Below the pieces are notes generated by a model. That model saw only the letters and a program-made list of their open reading frames with translations, was not told where the DNA came from and ran no database searches. Source: Zootoca vivipara (taxonomy: Eukaryota). From it: a DNA stretch of 64,000 nucleotides. The stretch lies in NCBI RefSeq assembly GCF_963506605.1, contig NC_083281.1, forward strand, positions 81,220,001 to 81,284,000, written 5' to 3'. Below, in pieces: positions 50,301 through 61,142 of the stretch. The position numbers and the translations under genes were made by a program. The stretch's first letter is position 1; each line of letters opens with the position of its first letter.

Positions 50301-53300
50301 GTAAAAGGTCTTGTAAGGCCACCAGAAGCCTTCCTGCCTGTTCCACAAAACTGATGCCCTCTTTACACCCAACTGCCTGCTTGTGTCTTGAGATCTCTCC
50401 CATCTTAGCCCCTCTTGGAGGAAACTCATTGAAAGTAACGGCATGGCTGGCTGAGGTCAATTAATTTCAATGGGTATACTCTGAGTGGGGCTAAGAGTGG
50501 AGGCAATCCCTTCCATAGAAGTTCTGCTCCCACAAAGGAGAGGGCCTTTTCTTGCTGGAGTGCCCTGCTTCTGAAGTTGCCTCGCCAAGGAGGAACATCT
50601 AGCACCATGATGAACTTTATGGTGCAAGGAGAAGGTGAAGACCTTCCTACTGCCCAAGACTTTTTAGGTTCAGCTACTTTAGTCACCTGCCACTGAATAC
50701 CAGTGGCTGGGAACTGCAGGAGGGGAGAGTTGCTTTTGTGCTCTGGTCCTGCTTGTGGGCATTCCAGAGACATCTGGTTGGCCACTTTGAGAAGAGAGGG
50801 TTGCTTCCAACTCAATTCAACTCAGAACAGGCCCAATGAAAGGAGCAAACCTAAGTTAGGGCTTATCCATGCTTACCTTTCACCTGCTTTCTCCAGGCAC
50901 TGTCCATGATTTAAACCTCTGGGCCTGAGCTCCCATTTGCCCCCCTCGGAGTTTTCGCCATGAAAATCAGCTCTTTAAAGCTCAGTAGCAGCAAACGTCA
51001 ATCTGTGGGGAAATCTGAATTGATGTTTGCACCGATTTGACTTTAAAGAATGGGTTTTCATGGGAAAAGCTTGGAGCAAAATAGCCCCACGGAAACCTCT
51101 TGGACACGGATCGTTATAGCATGGACCTCTGGCTGGAAAGAGCAGGGCAAACGCTAAGTGTGGATAAACCCTCAGTTATGGCCAAGAACATCAATGGTTC
51201 TGCCCATGAGCAGGACGAACACCAGCACAGCCAATAGAATCTGGGGGGATGGGAGTTTGCCATTCAAGATTCTAGGGGTTGGGCTCAACTTCATGGCCAA
51301 GTGGGGATCTGAACCTTGCTCTCCCAGGCCCCAATCCGGCACTCTAACCACTGCACCACACTGTCTCTCCCATTTGGCCAAGGCAATAGCAACAGAGTTC
51401 ACCCCCCCTGCCCTCTTCACCCTCTGCCTTGCTCCTTTCGCAAAGCACCTGCAATGGCCCTGAGGACAACGCTGCTGCTGTTGTTGCTGTTGCTGCCTGT
51501 CTTCCGAAACAGGCAGCATTTCAGTGGGTGTGTGCAGGTTTGCTTTGGCTTAATCAGATTGTTCTCCTTGCTGCGCCGTATGCAAACAGAAGCCGGGGAG
51601 GACCGGGTGCCAACCTGCCCTTCACCTCGAGAGAGACAGGGAGAGTCTGAGGCAATTCCAGGGAACTTCCCCACCCGCAGCCTGAAATTATCCCAAAAGG
51701 AGATGAGCCGCCAACGCCCTGTTGTGCACCTGAAGGAACCAGCTCCTCTCTGTGAGGGATCTGGGAATAGAAATAGGCAGGGTGGCTTGGGAGAATAATG
51801 TAGGGCGGTTCCGGAGAAAGGGGCTGGGGAATGAAAGGTTTGCAGAAAGAGCAATCGATGGGATAGAGGGGAATTGAGCAATTCCCCTATCTATGAAGGG
51901 TGCATGGGATCTGCAGTGGTTGGACCTTGGAAGAGTAGAGCTCAAAACCTGGTCAGGAAGCTGCCTCGAAGGGTTGTTGTGAGGATAATGCGGAGAGGGG
52001 CACCCATACTGCCTCGAGCTCCTCAGAGGAAAAATAAGAACTACCGGTAGTGTGGTCTAGTGGTTAAGAGTGTTGGACAAGGACCTGGGGGACCAGGAGA
52101 CAAATTCCCAGCAACTGCCCTAGGCATCTGAATTACAGTCATTTCAATGGGTCTAGTCTGAGCATTGGATGCAACCCTACATTCTTCTTTTGCAGGAGCA
52201 ATGCTTCCATCGATGGCCACCAGCTGCTGTCTGTGAGCTCCCTCTCTGGAGTGATTCTCGGAATGCTATGGTTCTACAACTGTGCAGGCCAGCAGGCCGG
52301 GGGGGGGGGGGGCTGCGTGAGTTACCTAGCTTTGCAAGGCAATCCGTCATACTGGCAAGCGTAGACCAGGTCGTTGATGTGGTCGGCATCCTTGGAGATG
52401 TCAATGATGGGTGGCACCTGGGACATGATGTTCATGTAGTGGAAACGGTACCATTCCTGGAAAGCGTCGACCCCGGAGGAGTAAACCTTGATGTAGCAGT
52501 CTCCGCCCGTTTGGTTACACTGAGGAAGGAAGAGAATTAGGGGAGTGAGATGTTCGGCTCCGAAGAAACAACTGTGCAGTGGGTCAAGAAACTGGAGAGA
52601 GAGAGCAGAAGAGGGAGCTCTGCGGAGCAAAGCCAAAGGTCTGTCTTGGTAGCCTGAAAATAGAACAGGAAGCCAAGTGTCCTCTCCAGCTGCTCCTCCC
52701 CAGCATACTGCCTCTGACCACACAGCCACCATGACCTCAGAGGCGCAGTGTGTAAGAGAGGGCCTTCCCTGTGGCAGCCCCTGAGCTGTGGAATTCCTTC
52801 CCCACAGAGGTGGTATCTTCATTATACAGCTTTTGGTGAATGCTGAAGACGCATCTCTTAACCATGGCTTTTGATTCCAAAGGCGTATATTTTAGGACCT
52901 GTCTTGTTTCTGTAATTCTAAGTTGTTTTCAACTGTTTTCAATATTGTATATTAATGTACAGTGGTACATTGGTTCTCGAACGGCTTGGCTCCCAAACAA
53001 ATCGGCTCCTGAAACACCACAAACCTGGAAGTGAGTGTTCTGGTTTGTGAACGTTTTTTGGAAGCCGATTGTCTGACGCGGCTTCCGCGGCTTCTGATTG
53101 AGTGCAGGAAGCTCCAACGATTCCAGGAGTCAAATGGACTCCCGGAACAGATTAAGTTCGACAACCAAGCTACCACTGTATCTTAATAATGATAATGATG
53201 ATGATGATGATGGTAATTTATTTCTTACCCATCTTTCCTTCTAAGATCTGAGGGCGGGTTACAGCATTAAAAGCAATATTAAAAACAATTAAAAACAACT

Positions 53301-54899
53301 TGGAACCATCGAAATAAGGTGGGTCCTAAAACATACACCCCAAATGTTAAAATTAATGTTGTGTTTTAATTGTTGCCCTGGGACCTTGGGGTGAAGGGCA
53401 ATTGAGAAATTGTAACGACAACGACAACAACAACGACAACCGGGTCATGATAGCCTCCCTGTCATTCTGCGATCCCTGAGTGGCTGGGCTCAGCCTGCAA
53501 CCAGTCCAGGAAGACCAATTGTCAATGGCAGATGGCCACTGGAAATGGCCATTGAAATCCCCGTTCAACTTACCAGCCGGAAGCCCACTTTGCCGTCGCC
53601 CATTCTCACTAGAGCAACGCTGTGATCTAGCTTGAAGCTGGAGCTGTTGACCGCACTGCTTGTCCAGTTCTCCACACTGACGCTGGAGTTGTCTTCCAGA
53701 GTGCTCGCCGGGATGGTGAAGGGGTATAGGTTGTGTAGGGTTTCCCTGGCCAGATTATCCAGCTCGGCCATATTTTTGCTGACTATATTGACCCTGGGGA
53801 AATGAGAGAAATGACCAAGGGCTCTGAATATCAACATGAACCAAGCCGTGCAAAGGAATCAGCAGGGACAGCCTGATCAAAGAGACCACTCTGGGAAACC
53901 CTGAAGGCGAAACACAGAACCTTAAGAAAACTTGGAGTGTGTCTCCCCAATGTATTGCTCCATTTACTTTTACAAGGGGAGAAATACATGCCTGGCAATA
54001 GAGGTATGCCTGCCAATAGGCTCAGGTGTGGTCTGTAGCTCTGGCCAAGAATAGACTTGCCAGATCTGGGTGTTCAAAGGCAATATGAGTCCTTTATCCT
54101 TCGACAACACCAAGCATCCATTCATCTCCCATATGAGATGCAGCAGTCAACTTCCCAAACTACTGGAGAGACTTTTTGGACTAGAGACTTTAATATGCTT
54201 CATATTTATGCTTCATAAATTTGTTCTAAGTAGCAGTTCTAACATTAAGTTGCTGCTACATTTTTTTCCAAGAAAGGAGAGACCTGGCTCTTATTGTTGT
54301 TGTCTACTGTATTATAGATTTTGCTTGTCCCAGGTGACAAAGCAATAAAATACTATCTATCTATGTTGTGAAAGACTGAAAACAGGAAGCCTAAGAAAAG
54401 GGGAGGGGAACGGAATTTGACAAATTCGCCCCTCCCTGCAAACAAGTGATCCCCTAAACTCCAGTCCCTCTCAACCCGCAAGTGAAGTTTTTCAATGTGC
54501 CTCTCCCTCCCCCATGATTTGAAAGGAAGCCCCTTGAAAATACAAAACACAAAAACACCCGTACCTGTATGGATTCAAATTGCAGAGGGTGATGGCAGGA
54601 AACATCGTTTGCTGTGATTTGACAGAAATTGACAAGACCACTGGGTATTGCCAGTACTGGTTGAAGAGGAGCCCAAATTGCCAATACAGCATGGCAAAGC
54701 TGGCGAGGAAGAGGAGGGTCCAGAAGGCCGTCTTCATCTTGTTCCGACTCGAGCAGACCAGCCGGATGGTGCCATGGATGGTGGTGTTCAAGCAAAAGAA
54801 CTCAAAGAGGTCCTTGAAGGAGCTGTAGAAAGCAATGAGGGCAGCATCCTCCTCCCTTCTCGTTTCCACCTCTTTCTCTTTATGTGTTTCTTCTTCCAT
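39124..54899 (-). CDS. SCNN1D: Amiloride-sensitive epithelial sodium channel subunit delta, 12 coding exons, 636 aa: join of 54565-54899, 53574-53793, 52326-52519, 48933-49036, 46892-47055, 45377-45475, 44660-44777, 43650-43740, 42801-42858, 42085-42140, 40898-40973, 39124-39519
   Basis: All introns are GT-AG and the phases chain without a frameshift (1911 nt = 636 aa + TAA). ENaC motifs present: NTTIHG gating motif, TM1, [20 protein letters not shown], Cys-rich thumb, [11 protein letters not shown] pore. Delta rather than alpha because there is no C-terminal PPxY and no furin RxxR in the finger exon, and it lies tail-to-tail with an ACAP-family exon. Confidence 0.93.
40560..40695. mobile_element. 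136-bp palindromic hAT MITE (CAGTGTTTCCC variant)
   Basis: TSD ccttRact. Confidence 0.88.
40898..40973 (-). CDS. SCNN1D: SCNN1D coding exon 11 (an alternative acceptor gives a start at 40979)
   Basis: [25 protein letters not shown], 76 nt, cag/gtaagt. Confidence 0.9.
41536..41890 (-). mobile_element. Sauria SINE, full length, in an SCNN1D intron
   Basis: 15-bp TSD aYaaatttgctatag at 41521-41535 and 41891-41905. Confidence 0.92.
42085..42140 (-). CDS. SCNN1D: SCNN1D coding exon 10
   Basis: [18 protein letters not shown], 56 nt, tttttag/gttagt; phases fit both neighbours. Confidence 0.88.
42801..42858 (-). CDS. SCNN1D: SCNN1D coding exon 9
   Basis: [19 protein letters not shown], 58 nt, cag/gtaaag. 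Confidence 0.92.
43650..43740 (-). CDS. SCNN1D: SCNN1D coding exon 8
   Basis: [30 protein letters not shown], 91 nt, tag/gtgagt. Confidence 0.9.
44031..44166. mobile_element. 136-bp palindromic hAT MITE
   Basis: TSD Wtctaact. Confidence 0.88.
44660..44777 (-). CDS. SCNN1D: SCNN1D coding exon 7
   Basis: [25 protein letters not shown]...CNYNKHPNW, 118 nt, cag/gtaag. Confidence 0.93.
45377..45475 (-). CDS. SCNN1D: SCNN1D coding exon 6
   Basis: [17 protein letters not shown]...YTQQ, 99 nt, cag/gtac. Confidence 0.93.
45838..45973. mobile_element. 136-bp palindromic hAT MITE nested in a longer hAT-like element (about 45780-46250)
   Basis: Perfect TSD ctctaggc. Confidence 0.88.
46310..46800 (+). 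mobile_element. LTR-like dispersed repeat, copy B, in an SCNN1D intron
   Basis: About 490 bp homologous to copy A once the MITE is removed. Confidence 0.55.
46892..47055 (-). CDS. SCNN1D: SCNN1D coding exon 5
   Basis: [28 protein letters not shown]...[12 protein letters not shown], 164 nt, cag/gtgag. Confidence 0.93.
48933..49036 (-). CDS. SCNN1D: SCNN1D coding exon 4
   Basis: [20 protein letters not shown]...PGIVY, 104 nt, tacag/gtaag. Confidence 0.93.
49135..49254. mobile_element. Palindromic hAT MITE with one end lost
   Basis: Same core as the 8951 copy. Confidence 0.8.
52326..52519 (-). CDS. SCNN1D: SCNN1D coding exon 3
   Basis: [32 protein letters not shown]...CQYDGLPC, 194 nt, cag/gtaac. 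Confidence 0.93.
52960..53178. mobile_element. Tc1/mariner (Tigger-like) MITE
   Basis: TIR CAGTGGTA..TTGGTT; TA TSD. Confidence 0.85.
53574..53793 (-). CDS. SCNN1D: SCNN1D coding exon 2 (finger domain)
   Basis: cag|GGTCAAT...CGGCTG|gtaagt, 220 nt; [15 protein letters not shown]...KVGFRL. Confidence 0.9.
54565..54899 (-). CDS. SCNN1D: SCNN1D coding exon 1 (N-terminus, HG motif, TM1)
   Basis: MEEETHK...[17 protein letters not shown]...[12 protein letters not shown]; donor AG|gtacgg. A tttag acceptor lies 3 nt before the ATG, which implies an upstream exon. Confidence 0.93.
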
Positions 54900-55108
54900 T
54901 CTCTAAACAGATAAAAAGTTTTGAAATTCAGAGTTAGGATGGGCAAGGGAGACCCAGGCTCCCCTTAAGCAATTAGTTGATCTCCCCAACTCCAAGGCAC
55001 TTTATTTTAGCCGAAAAGGTGCTCCACATTCTGCCATTTTCAAATAGGGTGGCTAAATGTGGGTGACGGGGAGGGCATTTCAGCCCAGGCTGAATACAGG
55101 TAGGAGTT

Positions 55109-55166
<58 letters not shown>

Positions 55167-55490
55167 AAACTTATTTAAGTATAAGATATATGAAAAGTTG
55201 ATAGTGCCTCAAAGCAGGTTCAACTCGATTGAACCAGAACTGTATGGAACTAAAGTTCCAAGGCAGCTCTGAGGATGTTCAGAGTCAAAATGTAATAATG
55301 TAAGAAACTGAGGAGGACCCTGCAGTGCAGGATCAGGCCAATGGGCTCATCTAGTCCAGCATCTGCTTCTCACAGTGACCAACCAGTTGTCCATTGTGGA
55401 CCTGAAAGTCACAGCACACTCCTCACTTGTAATTCTCAACGACAGCTGCCACCCAGAGAACATTTGGTTGTAGTCAATGTTAGTTCTACT

Positions 55491-55783
55491 TAAAGGTAAT
55501 GACCCCTGGCCATTAGGTCCAGTCGTGTATGACTCTGGGGTTGCGGCGCTCATCTCGCGTTATTGGCCAAGGGAGCCAGCATACAGTTTCCAGGTCATGT
55601 GGCTAGCATGACTAAGCTGCTTCTGGCGAACCAGAGCAGCGCACAGAAACTCCGTTTACCTTCCCTCCGGAGTGGTACCTATTTATCTACTTGCACTTTG
55701 ATGTGCTTTCGAACTGCTAGGTTGGCAGGAGCAGGGACCGAGCAACGGGAGCTCACCCTATTGCAGTGATTCGAACCACCAAC
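55491..55783 (-). mobile_element. Sauria SINE, 5'-truncated
   Basis: Colinear with the 41536 copy. Confidence 0.85.
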
Positions 55784-56327
55784 TGGTGTAAATTAACTGA
55801 TTTGACTAACTGGCACCCATTTATTTCAATGTGTCTACTCTCAGTAGGACTTTGCTGCTGACAACTTAGTGCCTCTGACAACAGGGTTAGAACATACCAC
55901 TCTATGGGACCAAGATTTAGAGACATTTCATTGGGACTGTGGCAGAGTCTCCTCTTTCCTTCCTATGCCTTCCTGGAAACAGCATCTCTTATACCCTTAG
56001 CTCCAAATGGGGATGTTGACCCAACATCTCCAAAAGGAATGAGTAGCAAGCAGCATCTGATTCACAAGGGATCACTTCCTGGAGCGCCTCCCATGCCATG
56101 TGCCAGGTTTCAACAACAGGCCTGAATCACAACCCGATTCAGCAGGGACATTCATCCATTGCAAGACCCAATACCTGATTTTGATTTCAGCCCTGAGCTG
56201 GTCAATGGATATGGTATTTCTGGTGTGTCTCAGATCTACGAAACCTAGAGGGTGAGTAGCAGGAACCTTAAGCAAGGATCTTTTGGAGAGCTGGCGGAAG
56301 GGCGGCGGGGTCATCATGCAGCAATAG

Positions 56328-56698
56328 AATCATAGAATCATAGAGTTGGAAGAGACCACAAGGGCCATCCAGTCCAACCCCCTGCCAAGCAGGAAACACC
56401 ATCAAAGCATTCTTGACATATGCCTGTCAAGCCTCTGCTTAAAGACCTCCAGAGAAGGAGACTCCACCACACTCCTTGGTAGCAAATTCCACTGCCGAAC
56501 AGCTCTTACTGTCAGGAAGTTCTTCCTAATGTTTAGGTGGAATCTTCTTTCTTGAAGTTTGAATCCATTGCTCCGTGTCCGCTTCTCTGGAGCAGCAGAA
56601 AACAATCTTTCTCCCTCCTCCATATGACATCCTTTCATATATTTGAACATGGCTATCATATCACCCCTTAACCTTCTCTTCTCCAGGCTAAACATACC
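56328..56698 (-). mobile_element. CR1 LINE 3' fragment, same young subfamily as 11660-12162
   Basis: GMFSLEKRRLRGDMIAMFKYMKG...; (ATTCTATG)n tail; flanking CAATAG duplication. Confidence 0.92.
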
Positions 56699-57556
56699 CA
56701 ATAGCAGTTTGCGGAAATGTATAGGGATGTATGGCTCAATGTCAGGTGCCAAGTGCTATCTGCATTGGAGGCTGGCCCTTTAGGGTACTGCCTCACAAAC
56801 CACAGTCAGTCTTACAGGACCACTGCTACGATATTGTGGCTGGCAGCCTAGGCTTGTTATCTGTGGGAATTAAACTCCAGATTTGCAGAGTTGCCCTGGT
56901 TGTTCGACCCTTCCCCCGCCTATAAAAGCTACACTCTCTTTTAAATTTTAAATAACAAGATAACTTTTATTTTGTGGGCTTGCAGTTGCAAATTAAATGC
57001 ATAGTGCGCAATTGACCAACAGCCTAAGGGGCAGTTCAAGACAAGAGTTTGCACAAAGATGGGATAAATATAAGAGATAGGTATAAAAATATACCAGTGG
57101 TTTTTCGTCTATGGCACCATTTGATTGACCTTGGGTAAAGAAATACGGCATATGAGAAATAAGAGCAGCGGTACAAATTGCTGTAAGAATGTATTAGAGA
57201 ATATATAAAGAATACCGTATCATACAACGGGAATTGACAGGAAGTCCAAAGTCTTTATGATATCTTTTGTTAATAATCTTTGCTAATAATTTTTGTTAAT
57301 AATCATATTAAAAATAGCATAAATACAGTTGAAGCTTAAGGCTCATAATTATGTAAGAAAAGATAAGTATATGGTTCCCCCCCTTTTGTGTACATGATTG
57401 AAATTTCAATTTGCTTTAAGAGATGTACTATATATATGTAATGTATTGTAAGACTATTAATAAAGCTTGTTACAAGGGTTGTTGTTGTTGTTGTTGTTGT
57501 TGTTTTTTAAAAAATGTATAGTGCAGGTAGATAGATGATAGCTTAAGCTTCTAAAA

Positions 57557-57691
57557 CAGGCACCCCAAACTTCAGCCCTCCAGATGTTTTGGACTACAAT
57601 TCCCATCATCCCTGACCACTGGTCCTGTTAGCTAGGGATCGTGGGAGTTGTAGGCCAAAACATCTGGAGGGCCGCAGTTTGGGGATGCCTG
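57557..57691. mobile_element. 135-bp palindromic hAT MITE
   Basis: Perfect TSD ttctaaaa. Confidence 0.9.
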
Positions 57692-58434
57692 TTCTAAAAC
57701 ATCTCACATAGATTCAACTGTTACAGACTATCTCTGACTCTGAAGCAGACAGCAGTCTCCCTGTTAGGAGGGTTCATAACTGCCACAACCACAGCTCTTG
57801 AAATTAACCCTTTACATATGCATTTTGCATGCTAACACCCCCCAAGATCCAACTAAGTTCTAGTTGGAAATGAATGGAGCCACACTCACTTTACCTCCGC
57901 TGCTTCCAGGCGCGGCCTGTGCTTTTAACTCTGTGTCTGAGCACCTTTCTCATTTGCTCTGGAGCTTTTCTTGGGATAACCCAAATCGACGTTTGCTCCG
58001 ACCGAGCGGGTTTTCGCAGGGAAAACTCCAGGTCGGGGTGGGTGGGTGGGGGGAAACCAACAATGCGCGGAGCTTTAAAGCTCAGGCCTGTGCCTGGAAA
58101 GAGCGATGCAAAAGATAAGTGTGGATAAACCCTTAGTCATGTCCCTCAACTCCAATGAGCCTACTCTGAGTAGTACTGGCATGGATTCAACCCTGACCTT
58201 TTTTAAGCAGGCAGGAATGCACTGTTTCGTTTTAAATAAAGGAAGATTTGTTTTAATATGTCTTTTTTTTTAGTACTGTGTACATCAATTAAAGAACTTA
58301 ATAATATATTGTATACTCAAGATACGCCCATTGCAGAAGTGTTGGCTCTGCAGAGGAGTCATGGCCTTGCAAGTTGGTGCCCTCTGCTGGTTGCGTCTGA
58401 ATGGTGTTGAACGTTCAGCAGTTTCTTACAGAGA

Positions 58435-58800
58435 AATGTGGGAAGGTGCCTTTTGCTGAGTCAGATCCCTGATGCATCTAGCTCAGTATTGCCTACACTG
58501 GCTGGCAGCAGCTCCCCAAGGGCTCAGACAGGCCATCCTTCCCAATGCTACTTAGAAATGCTGAGGATCAAACCTGGGACTTGCAGAGAGGAAGCGAAAC
58601 CCCTGAGCTGTGACTAAGGGAGAAGGGTGGTAGGAAATTATACTGAGTCAGACCATTGGTCCCTCTAGCTCAATACTGTCTGCACAGACTGGCAGTGGCT
58701 CTCTAAGGTTTCAGAGTGAGAATCGTTTGCAGCCCCTACCTGCGATTGAATCTGGGACCTTCTGCATTCAAAACAGATGCTCTGCTGCTAAACTACACAA
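58435..58800 (-). mobile_element. Two tandem tRNA-derived SINEs with CR1-like tail; other copies near 1620-1710, 8170-8480, 9570-9875, 20000-20085, 27540-27690
   Basis: A-box/B-box-like head (gtagctcagtggtagagca...ggttcaatccc) joined to a ctagatggaccaatggtctgactcagtataagg tail. Confidence 0.7.
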
Positions 58801-59859
58801 GCCACATCCATGGACTCTGGTCTAAATGTGGGTTTGGCCAAATGATCCTTGTGGTCCATTCCAACTCTAAAATTCTACTTCTTTCTTAAAATGCTCTTTT
58901 TAGAGTCTTGAGAAGAATGAAGGATTGACATCAGAATGTATTAAGGGAATTATTGTAATATTTTGAAATGCAGTAGAAATATGACATGATTAGGATTCCC
59001 TCTGATCTCCAAGCATGGGAAGTCAGCTAAAAGATGATAATAATTTATAATTGGGCATAACATTGGGATTTGTTTGATTATTGGATAATTTGTATAATTT
59101 GGAATATATAATTTGGTTTGATTGGAATTTTTAAAATAAATATTATTTAAAAATAAAATACGGTAGAGTCTTGAGAAGAAGACTAGCTTTCCTTTAAAAG
59201 CAGGAAAGGGTTCTAGTCCCTATGGTTGCAGAGATAATTTTGAGAGAAGCTCGGCTTCCTTCAAAGCTTGCCTGAGTTATTTTGCTCTCAGAGCAGTTAA
59301 AGCATTTCCTATTCCACTCATAGCACTAGTGCATTAAATGCTCCACAGTTGAGCACGATACTCTTTCCTCATTTTCATTTTTTAAATGTCACTAATGTTA
59401 ATTGCCGCGCTCTTGGGCTTCACAAGACTTAATCGAGGTACAGGTGGACCTACAGGATTCCTGAGCCCCATTACCAAGGGCTCAGCTATCCCAAGTTGGT
59501 TCCATGCAACTAGCAACTGAGAAACAAATTTATTGCTTAATCAAGGGACATCGCAATAATATAACAAGTGTCACGCCACTCAGAATATGACTGGAAAGCA
59601 AACTTACAGCCAGATCCTTTGCAATCTCTGCTATATCATGCAGCAATAGCAACCAGTCATAACAATAAATGGTCCTATCCATTTACTATTTAATGCAACA
59701 CTTTAACAACAGTGTAGACATGAGAGATGGAGGATATAAAAATGGTGCAGTTAGTATTTTAATCCAAACCTAACACATTCACACTTAAACAATCCACCTA
59801 TCTTTTAAAATGTGCGCTTCTGACTTTGCAATGAGGTTCTCCAATTAAATAAAGCATAT

Positions 59860-59939
<80 letters not shown>

Positions 59940-60936
59940 GGTTTGGTGCATAAAAATACATATAGTGATTAAGATAAATGTACATAAATGCTTTCTCTTA
60001 TGGGAGGTGGCTTGTAGTAATGTGTATGGGAAGCAGAACAGGCTAGAAGAGCAGCTACAGGGTAAGAATTTTGCACAGAAAGGCCGACAAATTTTCACGA
60101 GGAACTTTTAAGATAAATAAATAATCACTGCAGAGCTTTGGAGATTCGAACACAAGACTCAGAGAATGAGAAACGGAGAGAGGGGCTGGCATGGATGGAG
60201 GGTAGAAAGGGGAGTGTGGGGAAAACCAATGTCATAAAGTACATTTTTTAAACTCTCAAAAATGTTGCAGTGTTTCAAAACCGTGCAACATTTAATGTAT
60301 GGCTTTCCTAGTTCACCAATGATGATTTCTTGCCTTCCCCTCCTCCATCCTATTACCATCTCTTTCCTGCCTGTTTTACTTCCCACGAATTCAAGAGTTT
60401 TGCTGCCAAAGGAATGTATAGTTCTCAGATTATGCTTCTCTCCATTTGGCCCTTGCTTAGACTCCCAGTTGAGCCTGAATTCAAAGGAACAAAGAAGTTA
60501 CCAAGGCTGTGTGTGCACAACATAGATTTAAATCACCTGCCAAAAGAAAAAGAAGAAAAAAGAATCCTGGGAACTGTAGTTCATTAAGGGTGCTGGAAAT
60601 CATAACCCCACGTGGGGTAAACTACAGCTCTCATGATTCTTTATGGGGGTGTGGAATGTGTTTTACATGCATAATGTGTGCACAGCCTAAGTGATGCAAG
60701 CTTCCGAGTCGCACAGATGTCCACGTCAGGAAAACCCCCGATGCTTCACTCTTCTCTGTGACAATAACATGCAAAGTTTACTGGTCATGCTAGCATGTTT
60801 ACTTGTGGCAGGATAGGCTGTTGCTCAATTGGCATAGCATCCCACATGCTGCATTGCCTGTAATCTCCTTTCCATATCCAGTCATCGCAGGTTATGATGA
60901 AATCAGCAAAAAATGCTTTGGCAAATGGGTGTACGG

Positions 60937-61142
60937 CATAGCTGTCAACTTTCGGATTTGAAAAGAAGGGATCAGCAGCCTCACCTGTCCCGGGGACAGT
61001 CTACGGTATATCTAACAATCCGGGATAGCAGCGGGAAATGGCACTGGGATAAGGGAATTTCCAGCAAAAAAAGGGAAAGTTGACAGCTGTGGCTTGGAAT
61101 AAGGGAGTTTCCCGCAAAAAAAAGGGAGGGTTGGCAGCTATG
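60937..61142. mobile_element. hAT MITE, CATAGCTG-TIR family, 206 bp
   Basis: Perfect TSD gtgtacgg; partially duplicated right end. Confidence 0.88.

Noticed and set aside
39124-54899. Calling the channel SCNN1A, SCNN1B/G or an ASIC
   Set aside because: The WSLWFGSS pore is of alpha/delta type, while the missing PPxY and furin sites and the ACAP neighbour favour delta
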